A stretch of 64,000 nucleotides of DNA from an uncultured bacterium (GTDB taxonomy: Bacteria; Desulfobacterota_D; UBA1144; Nemesobacterales; UBA2774). The notes beneath the pieces were generated by a model. It did not search any database. It saw only the letters and a program-made list of their open reading frames with translations, and was not told the origin of the DNA. The stretch lies in assembly GCA_963825135.1 (NCBI GenBank), contig CAWGRW010000009.1, positions 32,001 through 96,000 on the forward strand, given 5' to 3'. Both the position numbers and the translations under genes were made by a program. Every line of letters starts with the position of its first letter. The first letter of the stretch is position 1. Positions 1-10,023 of the stretch are shown here, piece after piece.

Positions 1-39
1 TTATACCGTGTATAATGAATATGGAAGGGGCAATCTTGC

Positions 40-363
40 ATGGCCGAAAAAATATATTATTTCATCCTCTCGATACCCCGGGAGGAGCTGCTGGCGTACT
101 CCACAAAGCTGAGCTCCTACATCTCCAAGTTCTTCCCCGGAAAGATCAACCCTTTCACCCTTAAACCCCTGGCAATACTGGAAAATGAGACCGTAACCAA
201 GATCTCGATAGAGTGCTCGGAGGATGAGATCAGGGCGTTCGCCGGGCGGTTTTTCGACGGCGGGTACGAGCTCGTCGAGCAGGAGGGCGGCGAGGTGGAA
301 ATAGTGCGCACTATGAGCGGCGAGCAGCCCGCGGCCTCCCCCGGCGGCATCACCAAACACTAG
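40..363 (+). CDS. hypothetical protein (107 aa)
   Basis: Clean ORF with GC3-rich codon usage; stop is followed directly by a repeat module. Confidence 0.6.
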   Translation: MAEKIYYFILSIPREELLAYSTKLSSYISKFFPGKINPFTLKPLAILENETVTKISIECSEDEIRAFAGRFFDGGYELVEQEGGEVEIVRTMSGEQPAASPGGITKH

Positions 364-860
364 CACACAATGTGTGCTCATGTACGATTCCTTCCAATCC
401 CTCCGATGACGGGGGTTACCCGTGAACTTTCTTAACACTCGTTTGCCTGCGGATGCTATCCGCCGCGGAACCTGCGCTCGTAAACGAGCGCTTCGATTCT
501 TCTCAGCCCTGACCAACCACGCCGGCAATTCCGACCACCACGGCAGCACCCGGCCATAAAACACACACATTGTGTTTCTACGATTCTCATGCAGCTCCTC
601 TGCCCATTGAGCAACGACAATAAACCCGTTCGTCCTCTAATTTAATTCCCTCCCCCTCTAGGGAGGGGGAACAGTTGCAAGCAAGCGCGCAACCGGTCAC
701 TCTCTCGGCGAAGTCACCGAAGTACATTAACTTCCGGCTTTACGTTGCCTAAGCCAAAACAGCCAGGGTGGGGGTGTACCTTAATCTTCCTGTCATTCCC
801 GATGCATCGGGAATCCACACAAATATGTCGCGGTTCTACCGTTCCGCCTGCACCCCGTCC
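364..860. repeat. intergenic mosaic of palindromic REP-like modules
   Basis: cacacaatgtgtg (364-376), ttccctccccctctagggagggggaa (646-671), gcaagcaagcgcgcaaccggtcac (~677-700), gtcattcccgatgcatcgggaatcc (~792-816); all recur elsewhere in the window. Confidence 0.75.
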
Positions 861-927
861 AACTGTTTATTTTGACACGGCACATTAACAACTGCTGTAT
901 AATTGCTGTATTGACGTCGGGAATCGA

Positions 928-1914
928 GTGATACAGAGTATGACGAAACGGAATCGCAGTACCTTAATTCTATTGATGATTTTGTTCATATCCGCGTTCC
1001 TGACCCTCAATTCTCCCCAAGGGGCTTCCGCGAGAAACGACCCCGGGACCGGGGAACGGGCACTGTCGGAGAAACAGGAAAAAGCGAAACCACGGATAGA
1101 AATCAGCCTGTACCTTAAAAATGTCAGGTCATTCGATCTCGACAACGGTGATTTCACCGCCGATTTCTGGCTTATCCAGGAATGTGACCGTCCCTGCGCC
1201 ATAAATGACGACTTTGTGATTCAAAACGGATGGGCGGACAGCGTTGAGCTCGTGGACCGGCACGAAAACCGTCAAACCTACAATATAAGGGCAAGCCTCA
1301 TCTCGGACCACGATGTGCGGCATTACCCTTTCGATAGCCATAAATTACCCGTCGTTATCAGATTCAGTGAAGATTACGCCGCCGAGTATGCGCCCGGCAT
1401 GAAAAGCGGATTCGGCCCGGATTTGTTTATACCGGGATTCGAGCTCAGCCCGTTTACGGAAACCGAGATCGTCAAATCACGCAACCAGGCAATGGATGAA
1501 ATGCAGAGTCTCTTCCGGTTCTCCGTAGAGGGCCACAGGATATTACAGGCATCGTTGATGCGGCTGCTCCCTCCCCTCCTCTTTGTGCTGGTCGGCCTTG
1601 CGTGCGTGATGATAAGACCCGATATCAGTCTCCTCTCCGGAGTCCTGCTGGGGTCGGTCTTTTATCAGATATTCCTTAACGAGCATGTTCCCCCGATAAG
1701 CAGGCTTACGTTCGCCGAGATCTTTATGAGTATCAATTATCTGACCCTGGCCCTCTGCATTATACTCTCACTGGGACTTGGCAGATATGTCACCGGGGAG
1801 ACACATAAGCGGTTGCTCTTCATCTCCACGCGGGCGCTGCCCCTCGGATGGTTCCTCCTGCAGGGGGTTAACGTCGTCTTTCTTCTACACTCATTATACG
1901 TGGAGCACGCGTAA
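928..1914 (+). CDS. prokaryotic pentameric ligand-gated ion channel (GLIC/ELIC-like)
   Basis: Signal peptide; ISLYLKNVRSFDL..FTADFWL beta strands; Pro-loop YPFDSH; four C-terminal hydrophobic helices with a VPPIS M2-M3 loop. Confidence 0.8.
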   Translation: MIQSMTKRNRSTLILLMILFISAFLTLNSPQGASARNDPGTGERALSEKQEKAKPRIEISLYLKNVRSFDLDNGDFTADFWLIQECDRPCAINDDFVIQNGWADSVELVDRHENRQTYNIRASLISDHDVRHYPFDSHKLPVVIRFSEDYAAEYAPGMKSGFGPDLFIPGFELSPFTETEIVKSRNQAMDEMQSLFRFSVEGHRILQASLMRLLPPLLFVLVGLACVMIRPDISLLSGVLLGSVFYQIFLNEHVPPISRLTFAEIFMSINYLTLALCIILSLGLGRYVTGETHKRLLFISTRALPLGWFLLQGVNVVFLLHSLYVEHA

Positions 1915-2028
1915 GCCCCGGCTGTATGTCCTTCAACCGGCCCGGTTACCTCGATCGCACACGCACGTAGTGTGTTTTATGATTCTTGCGACTCCTCCGC
2001 ACACCCAGCATCATCGACCACAGCAACC

Positions 2029-2394
2029 GTAGGAGCGGCTTCCAGCCGCGATACACACATAGTGTGTTTCTACGATTCTCTTCAGCGCTCTGCATGCTCA
2101 AGCAACCGGAGTCCAACCCGTTCGCCCCTGAGCTCGTCGAAGGGTGATTATTTCCGACATTACAGAATTTGCGTGAAGAAAATCGATTGTTTACAGCGTA
2201 AAGAAATCTTACGCGGGTGGGCGTCCAATTGAAAGATTTTAGCGAGAACATGAGATTTTTAGCAAATTATGTAGTCGGATGATTTTTGCTTCTTTTCATC
2301 AAGGAAAAGAAGGATAAATAAAACAGCCTTTCACCTTTCTTTGTCTTTTCATAAAACCACAGTAAGCGTGTTTCGCGGCGGAAGCCGCTCCTAC
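2029..2394 (+). repeat. composite structured repeat, copy 1 (core 2154-2350), flanked by inverted GTAG-type REPs
   Basis: gtaggagcggcttccagccgcga (2029-2051) and its inverted copy (2373-2394) enclose the ccgacattacagaatttgc...gcaaattatgtagtcgg hairpin and the cttcttttcatcaaggaaaagaag hairpin. Confidence 0.9.
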
Positions 2395-2452
2395 GATAGC
2401 GCAGTTCAGGGGATGCGGAGAATTTACATATGAACACACACCCCTCGCCCCC

Positions 2453-2734
2453 TCAATCCCCCACCGCCTCCATCCCCGGTTCCGGGGCCGCCGTGCAGCA
2501 GTAGAATACGCCGTTTAGAGTGTAGCAGTTCTCGTCGGGGTCGGCGCAGGGCTTGGCGGGGTTGCAGTCGGACAGCGTGCAGACGTCGGATATATCCGGG
2601 TCGTTCGGCGCGAGCGGCAGCTTCTGAACGTCACCCCCGCTTCCGTCGTCGTCCGCGATCGCAAAAGTAACGCCGAGAAATAAAATCAGCGTGATTATAA
2701 GGAAGGCTTTTTTAAGATTACTTATCGCAGGCAT
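2453..2734 (-). CDS. small secreted cysteine-rich protein (93 aa, 6 Cys)
   Basis: AAGGAG RBS before ATG 2734; signal peptide ending TFA-IA; C-x4-C-x5-C-x6-C-x8-CC. Confidence 0.7.
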   Translation of the reverse strand: MPAISNLKKAFLIITLILFLGVTFAIADDDGSGGDVQKLPLAPNDPDISDVCTLSDCNPAKPCADPDENCYTLNGVFYCCTAAPEPGMEAVGD

Positions 2735-2812
2735 GGTCTTTCGCTCCTTTCGGGGATGCGGTCCCGCTCCCCTCGGCAAAATTCTAATGCCTGTCTCAAT
2801 CAAATACAATGA

Positions 2813-3661
2813 TCATTGACTCGCTATGTCTATCTCGTAGTCGATGATCGAGCGAGCGCCCGAGCCCCGGTACGATCCGGTGAGCGGAGCGGCTTCTTCC
2901 GGAATGACACCGGCCGACACCGTGACGTGCTGGTCTGCGACGGCGAGCCCGGAGGACGGGTCGTATCCCCTCCACCCCCCGCCCGGTATGTACACCTCGG
3001 CCCAAGCATGGAGCTGCCTCTCCTCGCCCATCATCTCGTTCTCCCTGTACCCGCTAATGAACCGCGCAGCGATGCCCACGGCCCTGCACGCCTCCATGAA
3101 GAGGACAGTGACGTCCCTGCACGCCCCCCTCTTCGAGCCGAGGGTAATCTCCGCCGGGTAAGGCGGCCCCTCGTGCCTTATGAGCTGCTCGAAGTCGTTG
3201 TATATGCGCTGAGTGAGCGCCAGGATGAAAGGCATGGTCTCGACGCCCGACTCGTATATCACGTCCGTGACGAACTTGTCCACCTGCCCCTCGGGCTCGG
3301 TGTTGCGCATGAAATAGGGCCTCAGCGACGGGACGTAGTATTTAGGGTAGAACACGGGGAGCTTCAGCACCGAAGGCTCCGTGATGATGTAGTCGAACGG
3401 GTTCGTCCGCAGCGTCTCGACCTCCGAGCGGGTCGTGATGGTCAGGTGGTCGTGCTTCCCGGAGAACCAGGCGCACGCGCTGTCGTTCCCCGCGACGTCC
3501 ACAATGTCGGCGACGCCGTCGGGTTTCGGATCGATGTCCATCTCGAAGCTTACGAGACGCTGCGACCCGTCGCTCTTGGGTCTGAGCCTTATCGTCTGCG
3601 GGTCGAGAAACACGCCCTCGGTATATTTGTATCTCGTCGTGTGCCTGATCTTTATATTCAT
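2813..3661 (-). CDS. transglutaminase family protein (bacterial transglutaminase N-domain + core)
   Basis: IRHTTRYKY N-terminus, GACRD catalytic Cys, ARFISGY, HAWAEVY..GW.G.DP. Confidence 0.92.
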   Translation of the reverse strand: MNIKIRHTTRYKYTEGVFLDPQTIRLRPKSDGSQRLVSFEMDIDPKPDGVADIVDVAGNDSACAWFSGKHDHLTITTRSEVETLRTNPFDYIITEPSVLKLPVFYPKYYVPSLRPYFMRNTEPEGQVDKFVTDVIYESGVETMPFILALTQRIYNDFEQLIRHEGPPYPAEITLGSKRGACRDVTVLFMEACRAVGIAARFISGYRENEMMGEERQLHAWAEVYIPGGGWRGYDPSSGLAVADQHVTVSAGVIPEEAAPLTGSYRGSGARSIIDYEIDIASQ

Positions 3662-3681
3662 AGTCTCACTCCCTTCGTATG

Positions 3682-4419
3682 TCATTTCACGCCGTCGCCG
3701 AGCTTCGAGAAAGCCGCCATCACCCAGTCGTGCGGCAGCTCCCTTATCGCCTCTCTTATCCTCTTCTGCCACCACTCGGATATCTGTATCAGCTCCGCCC
3801 TCTCGTACCTGTGCTCCACGATGTCGTACGTATCCGCCCTGTAGAGCACCACGTCGATGGGGAAGTCCACGTCTATCGCGCTCGTCCGGGTCGCGTCGAA
3901 CGCGAGGTAGCCTATCTTGAGCGCGGTCTCCATGTTGAGCTCGTAGGAGAGCGCCCTGTCCATGATGGGCTTCCCGTAGCTCGACTCCCCTATCAGGTAA
4001 TACGGAGTCCCCTGCCCCACCTCCACCCAGTTCCCCTGCGGGTACAGCATGTAGAGCTTATGCTCGGTGTCGTTCTCGAGCTGGCCGCCGATGATGGTCA
4101 GGAGGTCGAAATGGAGCCCCCCCTCTTCGAGCGCCTTCTTGTCCTCTTCCGCGACGCGCCTCACCTGGGCTGCGAACGCGTTCACCGCCTTGTAGAGCTT
4201 GTCGAAGGTGTTGTCGTCCTGCTCCAGCACCTCGCTGAAATACGTGAGCGCCTTGTCCCTCACCGAGCGGAGCCCCGAGGTCATGAGGAAGAGCGAGTGC
4301 CTGCCGTACTGATGGATGGTCACCTTCCTCGCGGTAATGCTCTCGGAGCCCGTCGTTACGAGCGTGTCCGCTATGCCGACGAGACCCTTTCTCACCTTCA
4401 TGCCTACGCAGAACGTCAC
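3682..4419 (-). CDS. proteasome-type protease (Anbu, Ntn-hydrolase)
   Basis: N-terminal Thr nucleophile (M)TFCVG..GLVGIADT; LYPQGNWVE; IGESSYGKPI; operon context. Confidence 0.88.
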   Translation of the reverse strand: MTFCVGMKVRKGLVGIADTLVTTGSESITARKVTIHQYGRHSLFLMTSGLRSVRDKALTYFSEVLEQDDNTFDKLYKAVNAFAAQVRRVAEEDKKALEEGGLHFDLLTIIGGQLENDTEHKLYMLYPQGNWVEVGQGTPYYLIGESSYGKPIMDRALSYELNMETALKIGYLAFDATRTSAIDVDFPIDVVLYRADTYDIVEHRYERAELIQISEWWQKRIREAIRELPHDWVMAAFSKLGDGVK

Positions 4420-5396
4420 TCTTCCATGCCTCCTACCGCATCGGGCGCGGCGGCGGGGCCGAACGCGAAGAACGTATCCCTTATCGAGTCGTCCGCGTTG
4501 TTGATCTCGGTCTGGAACCTGTCCAGGTAATCGTGGAGCCCTTCATTTATGATGTCGTCTATCCTCGCGTAGGTGAGCTCGGCGTGGAGCCTGCCCATGC
4601 GCCTCTCGGCTTCGTTCCGGAACATGCCCGCGGGCGTGCCGGTTATCGAATGGAGCGACGCCTCGGCCATTATCACGCAGTAGAGTATCGCGCGCGGGAA
4701 GTGCCTGTCGAGCAGCAGGAACTGCACGACGGATTCGGGCGTTATCTGCTCGTACTTCCTCCTGTACATGTCGAGCGCGCTCGCCGATTTCAGGAGCGCC
4801 GCCCACTGAATGTTGTCTATCGGCGTGCCCACGTCCTCGGGCTTGGGAAGGAGTATGAAATATTTCACGTCTATGATACGGGACGTCTTGTCGGCCCGCT
4901 CGAGGAGTTTGCCCATGCGGGCGAAGTGCCAGTCCTCGCCGCGGTTCATGGTCGAGTCCGCTATGCCGGCGTAGAGGTGGCTCTCGGTCTTCACCCTCTG
5001 GTAAAAGTCCTGCGGGGTCTCGGCCGCGACGCCGCTCAACGCGGAGTCCCTGACGAAGTAATAGAACTTGTTTATCTGCTCCCACATCTCGGAGGAGATT
5101 ATCTCCCTTATCGACCTCGCGTTCTCCCTCACCATCGTGAGCGTGGAGAGTATGGAGTTAGGGTTCTCCCTGTCGAACGTCAGGAAATCGAGCACGCTCT
5201 CGCGGGTCGCTTCCCCGTAACGCTCCTTGAAAATCTCGAGGTCGCCCGTGGTGCTGACGAGCGGCCCCCACTGCCCCTGCTCGGTCTGCATGTCGAGCAT
5301 GAGGTGGAGGTTCACCTCTATGAACCTCGCCACGTTCTCGGCGCGCTCCATGTATCTCGACATCCAGTATATGGAACTCGCTACCCTGCTAAGCAT
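4416..5396 (-). CDS. alpha-E domain-containing protein
   Basis: MLSRVASSIYWMSRYMERAEN, RENAR..RE.IS.EMWE, LERADKTSR, FPRA motifs. Confidence 0.92.
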   Translation of the reverse strand: MLSRVASSIYWMSRYMERAENVARFIEVNLHLMLDMQTEQGQWGPLVSTTGDLEIFKERYGEATRESVLDFLTFDRENPNSILSTLTMVRENARSIREIISSEMWEQINKFYYFVRDSALSGVAAETPQDFYQRVKTESHLYAGIADSTMNRGEDWHFARMGKLLERADKTSRIIDVKYFILLPKPEDVGTPIDNIQWAALLKSASALDMYRRKYEQITPESVVQFLLLDRHFPRAILYCVIMAEASLHSITGTPAGMFRNEAERRMGRLHAELTYARIDDIINEGLHDYLDRFQTEINNADDSIRDTFFAFGPAAAPDAVGGMEE

Positions 5397-5455
5397 ATCG
5401 GTTAACGCCTGTATTCAAATTTTTAGATTACGGGAGAAAGAGGTCCTCCGCGGTC

Positions 5456-6901
5456 TCAGGGCGTGTCCCTGAGCACCCACGTGTCCTTGCTCCCGCCCCC
5501 CTGAGACGAGTTTACCACCAGTGATCCTTTCTTGAGCGCGACCCTCGTGAGCCCCCCCGGCATCACGTATATGTCCTCTCCGTAAAGCGTGTAGGGCCTG
5601 AAGTCCACGTGCCTGCCCTCGAAGCGGTCTCCCGCGAGTATCGGGACCCTCGAGAGGGACACGGTCGGCTGGGCGATGTAGTTCCTCGGGTCCTCCAGTA
5701 TCTTCCCCCGGAACTCCTCCCTGACGCTGGCGCTCGCCTTGGGCCCTATCATTATCCCGTATCCGCCCGATTCGTTGGCGGGCTTCACGACGAGGCTTTC
5801 CAGGTTCTCGAGCACGTATTTCCTGTCGAGCTCCTCCCAGCACACGTAAGTCGGCACGTTCGGGAGGATCGGGTCCTCCCCGGTGTAGTATTTTATTATC
5901 TCCGGCACGTACGCGTAAATTATCTTGTCGTCCGCTATCCCCGTCCCTATGGCGTTCACGAGCGCCACGTGACCGGACTTGTACACGTCCATTATCCCCG
6001 GCACTCCCAGGAGCGAGTCCTCCCTGAATGCGAGCGGGTCGATGAAATCGTCGTCTATGCGCCTGTAAATGACGTCCACCTTCTGGAGCCCCTTGGTCGT
6101 CTTCATGTAGACGTATCCGTCGGTCACGGCGAGGTCCCCGCCCTCGACGAGCTCTATGCCCATCTGCTGCGCGAGGAACGAGTGCTCGAAGTAAGCCGAG
6201 TTGAATATGCCGGGAGTGAGGAGGACGATTGTCGGAGACTGCGCCCCGCCCGGCGCCATGTACTGGAGCATCTCGCGGAGCCTGTAGGGGTAATCGTCCA
6301 CGGGCCTTATCTTGAGGTCCTCGAATATCCTCGGGAACGTGCGCTTCAGCACCTCCCTGTTCTCGAGCACGTACGACACCCCGGAAGGGCATCTGAGGTT
6401 GTCCTCGAGCACGTAATAAACGCCGTCCCCTCCCCTCACGAGGTCCGTTCCCGAAATGTGGCACCATATGCCGCGGGGAGGCCTGAACCCCTCGCACTGG
6501 GGCCTGTAGCACTTGCTCGTCCTGAGAAGCTCCTCGGGAACTATTCCGTCTTTCAGTATTTTCTTGCCGTTGTATATGTCGTCTATGAAGAGGTTAAGGG
6601 CGTATATCCTCTGCTTGAGCCCCCTTTCGAGCGCTTCCCACTCGCGCCCCTCTATGACACGCGGGATTATGTCGAACGGGAAGATCCTCTCGGTCCCCTC
6701 CTCCTCGCCGTAGACCGTGAACGTCACGCCCATCTGGAAGAGCCTCGCCTCGGTCGCCTTCTGACGCCTCAGGAGCTCTCCCCCGGGGAGCTGTTCCAGC
6801 CGCCGGAGAAGCACGGACGCGCCCTCCCTCGGACTTCCGTCCGCGTGGAAGTACTCGTCGAAAAAACCCTCCGTATCGTAATCCTTGTAATACATGACCA
6901 T
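5456..6901 (-). CDS. circularly permuted type 2 ATP-grasp protein
   Basis: [71 protein letters not shown]. Confidence 0.95.
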   Translation of the reverse strand: MVMYYKDYDTEGFFDEYFHADGSPREGASVLLRRLEQLPGGELLRRQKATEARLFQMGVTFTVYGEEEGTERIFPFDIIPRVIEGREWEALERGLKQRIYALNLFIDDIYNGKKILKDGIVPEELLRTSKCYRPQCEGFRPPRGIWCHISGTDLVRGGDGVYYVLEDNLRCPSGVSYVLENREVLKRTFPRIFEDLKIRPVDDYPYRLREMLQYMAPGGAQSPTIVLLTPGIFNSAYFEHSFLAQQMGIELVEGGDLAVTDGYVYMKTTKGLQKVDVIYRRIDDDFIDPLAFREDSLLGVPGIMDVYKSGHVALVNAIGTGIADDKIIYAYVPEIIKYYTGEDPILPNVPTYVCWEELDRKYVLENLESLVVKPANESGGYGIMIGPKASASVREEFRGKILEDPRNYIAQPTVSLSRVPILAGDRFEGRHVDFRPYTLYGEDIYVMPGGLTRVALKKGSLVVNSSQGGGSKDTWVLRDTP

Positions 6902-7080
6902 CCCTCTAGTCTAACATTTTATTTTTATTCCTCTCATTTTTCTCTCGCCTTCCCCCCCCTTTTTTTAGTTCCCCGGGCCAAGAGAGACAGGGGGGATGGC
7001 CCGGGGATAGGCTAAAGGTGTTTTTAGTTCATCGTTTCCGGAAGCCCGGGATTCTGTCATCCCGCGCCGGCATAAAATAG

Positions 7081-7116
7081 CCGGAGACGGGAACACCCGT
7101 ATATTCCCGTCTCCGG
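7081..7116. terminator. GC-rich hairpin after ORF 7163-7555
   Basis: ccggagacgggaa...ttcccgtctccgg inverted repeat. Confidence 0.45.
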
Positions 7117-7162
7117 CCACATAAGGAGGTTTGAAGATATGAGATTGTATTCGTGTTTGACA

Positions 7163-7555
7163 TCAGTTCATGCCCACTGCCTTGGGTTTCGCGTAATATT
7201 CCCCTTCCTCTTTCTCTTCGACCGTACCGTCGTAATCGCCCGGCCGGTCGATGTAGCTCTGGCTCACGAGCTTCTTTTCTATGAGGTACGGTATCCTGTC
7301 CTTTATTTCAGGGTCGTAGGAGCATACGCCCGACATGACGAAGGCGAGGAGGGCTATTTCCGTGAGGTAGCTCACGTTCGCCTCCACGACGTCCTTCGGG
7401 TATTGCCCTTCCTCCGGCTGGCGGAGGTTCAGGTAGATCGTTTCCCTGAGCGAGTGCCCGGCGTCGAAGACGTTCTTTCCGGGTTCGTTCTGCCTCAACC
7501 ACACTCCCAGGTTGAATGCCGCCTTTATCGAGTTTACCGCGCTGTCGTTATTCAT
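7163..7555 (-). CDS. hypothetical protein (130 aa)
   Basis: Strong RBS (AAGGAGGAAGG), GC3-rich codons, lies downstream of a sigma54 promoter. Confidence 0.7.
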   Translation of the reverse strand: MNNDSAVNSIKAAFNLGVWLRQNEPGKNVFDAGHSLRETIYLNLRQPEEGQYPKDVVEANVSYLTEIALLAFVMSGVCSYDPEIKDRIPYLIEKKLVSQSYIDRPGDYDGTVEEKEEGEYYAKPKAVGMN

Positions 7556-7681
7556 CGTCCTTCCTCCTTTAAAGAGTATTTTCAGATGCTCCGACCCGTT
7601 TCCCCCTTAAACCCGCTGCTGCTTCTCTTAACTGTACGCACTTGCGTATGTTTCAACCCGAATGCATACGAGGATATATAT

Positions 7682-7698
7682 GGCAAAATTCGTGCCAA
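7682..7698 (-). promoter_or_regulatory. sigma54 (-24/-12) promoter
   Basis: Minus strand TTGGCACGAATTTTGCC matches TGGCACG-N4-TTGC. Confidence 0.8.
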
Positions 7699-7793
7699 TC
7701 CCGTAAATAAAGGGGAATTGATGGATTTTAATTGGATTTCAAGCCTTTAGAACTATTAGCAGTTGCAAAAGAATTGTGAAGAAACCGTAATTT

Positions 7794-7831
7794 TGCCTAT
7801 ATTCTGTACATAGCGGGCTATTTTATAGGCA
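7794..7831. promoter_or_regulatory. pair of 17-bp NtrC-like enhancer sites
   Basis: TGCCTATATTCTGTACA (7794-7810) and GGGCTATTTTATAGGCA (7815-7831), about 100-135 bp upstream of the -24 element. Confidence 0.5.
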
Positions 7832-7884
7832 ATCCGGCCGGAATTTAAGCCGCGGACTTGAGAAATTACTTTACCTGCGCTGAT

Positions 7885-8125
7885 TAATTTCCCCTCCCCC
7901 TTCACAGGAGGGGGGAGGGCCGGGGTGGGGGTGTACCTTTCATCAATCAAATCAGTCATCCTGAATTTATTTCAGGATCTCATCTTTTATCTTTTTCGTC
8001 ATTTCAATGAACTCGATATTATCTCACTAAAAACACGTTCGGGAGCGCAGCAGGGTGGGAGGATGTACCGAATTGAATATTGTCCATCACCCCCATCCTA
8101 ACCTTCCCCCCTCAAGGGGGAAGGA
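7885..8125. repeat. mosaic of palindromic REP-like modules
   Basis: ccctcccccttcacaggagggggggagggccggggtggggg; gtcatcctgaatttatttcaggatct; cttccccctcaagggggaagg-type hairpins. Confidence 0.7.
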
Positions 8126-8146
8126 AGTAATGCCGCCCCTCCCTTA

Positions 8147-9198
8147 TCAGGGACTGTCTTCCCCGCCGCACCCGATCGCCCTCTCCGCACAGGTCGAGGG
8201 ATCCGGGCCCTCCGCGCAGAGCGTCGTGAAATAGGTGCACATCTTGTGGTCCTCGCTAATGCCGTCAATGTTGTCGATACCGTAGGTCACCACCTGCGCG
8301 CCTATAGTTATGAGATTGCAGTTGTCCGCGCTGAAATCGGGGAGCGCCGGAAGCGCGACGCCGAAAGCTAACTGAAGCACGTTGCTCACGTGCTGGTACA
8401 TGAAATCCGGACAGTCGAGCCCCGTGGGGGGGAGCTTCGGAACGAGGTCGTTCTCGTTCACGACCCTCCAGCTCACGCGGTCAGGTCCGTATTCCGCCTG
8501 GTACATGCTCACGAAATCGCTGTCCCCTACGGCCGGCCCTGCGAAGCTGTACATAAACACGTTCGCGGCGGACGAGTTCTGAGAGAGGTCGGGGAATGCA
8601 AGCGCGGCAATCGCCGCCCCGAGGCTGTGCCCGGTGATATATAGATTGTCATAGTCGCCCGTCATGAGAAGCTGGTCGAGATCGCTCAGTATGTCGGACT
8701 CCACCGGGAAGTCGCCCGAGCCCTCGTACATGCCGAGGAATCCGCCAGAGACCATGCCTCCGTCGGGCACGAGGTCGTAGTCGACCTGTATCGCGAGGGC
8801 GTCGGATATAGCGTCTGCGACGTTGGACGTTCCCCTGAAGGCGAGATAAATGCTGTTGCCCTCCGTGGCGATGAATGCTAGAGGCACGACGCCCTTGTCA
8901 TCGAGGCACGTATCGTTAAATGTGGGGTCGACGGATTCGTAAATTACGTCCTCAAGCGTCCAGGGGGCAGGGACCGTGATCGCGTCCTTTCCGGAGGCTA
9001 CGCACTGCTTAAGCTGCTCGTAAGCGACAAGGCTCAGCTCGCCGAGGTCGATCGCCGCCTCGAGATCGAGTACGGGATCCACCGGCGGGGGCTCCTCGCC
9101 GACGCCTCCGCCCTCCGCCGCCGTTACTGCATCCGCCCGCGAGTCCGAACGATACGGCCAGCAGGAGCGCAGTCGCAATTAAATTCCCTCTTTCTCAT
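8147..9198 (-). CDS. lipase class 3 family lipoprotein, 5' end broken by two apparent indels
   Basis: AFRGT, ITGHSLGAA, RVVNENDLVPKLP; a lipobox LIATALLLAVSFGLAGGC is readable in another frame upstream; ATG at 9198 with GGAGG RBS. Confidence 0.8.
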
Positions 9199-9336
9199 TT
9201 TATCCTCCGGGTTTCTGGTCTGCAGTAAATATTATAACCAATCGAAATCGCATCCCGCTCATCCCGGATAAGAATAAAAAAAAGCCCCTCCGTCCGCCTT
9301 ACCTCCCCCGCTCCCCTCTGGTATGATGTTCGGGCG

Positions 9337-9990
9337 ATGAAGACACTCAGGTTCGGCATATACGCGGGGATAATATGGGCGCTCGTCTCGCTCATACTCA
9401 TCGCGGCGTCGGTATTAGCGGGTCTCAGGCTCGCGTGGGTGGAGCTCGACTTCAGAATCCTCTCGGGCTCGTTCCTCCTCGCGGCCAAGGCGCTCGGCTT
9501 CGGGGACGCCGTGAGCGGCCTCGCGTCCTACGCAGACACCGGGCTGCCCATGACGACTCTCCGCGTAACGGCGTGCGCGGCGCTCACGTTCGCGGACGGA
9601 TTCACGAGCGGCGTGATCATCGCGCTCATATATAACCTCCTCGCCGGGGGCAAGGGAGGGAGCACCCTCGGGAAGACGCTTTCGTTCGGCATAGCGTCGG
9701 GGATAACTCTTGGAATAGCGTCGGGTCTTCTCGCGCTCGCGAGCATGGCGTACGGCCTCAATATCGTGTCGTTCGATTTCACCGTGAGGCCCGTGTGGGT
9801 GACTTTCTATCTGCTGTCCAAAACCGGAATGCCCGGGTTTCTCTTTCCGCTCATGAATTCATACATGTACTTCCCGAACGGCCCCGCGGGGGCGCTCGCG
9901 TGGGCGGCGTGGGGCTTTATCGACGGGCTCGTCGAAGGCGCGGTGCTCGCTTACCTGTTTTTAACGTTTCGCGGAGTTGTTAAAACCTGA
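9337..9990 (+). CDS. hypothetical integral membrane protein with internal duplication
   Basis: Hydrophobic segments; two halves KTLRFGI..DGF.SG and KTLSFGI..DGL.EG. Confidence 0.7.
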   Translation: MKTLRFGIYAGIIWALVSLILIAASVLAGLRLAWVELDFRILSGSFLLAAKALGFGDAVSGLASYADTGLPMTTLRVTACAALTFADGFTSGVIIALIYNLLAGGKGGSTLGKTLSFGIASGITLGIASGLLALASMAYGLNIVSFDFTVRPVWVTFYLLSKTGMPGFLFPLMNSYMYFPNGPAGALAWAAWGFIDGLVEGAVLAYLFLTFRGVVKT

Positions 9991-10023
9991 GCCGAGGTCG
10001 CGCGCACAGTGTGTGTTTGATAT

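Noticed and set aside
1..570. 189-aa minus-strand ORF
   Set aside because: Antisense to the 40-363 gene and runs through repeat modules
2154..2350. Integron attC sites as the identity of the long hairpin repeat
   Set aside because: No RYYYAAC/GTTRRRY ends, flanking genes are not co-oriented cassettes, and no integrase is present
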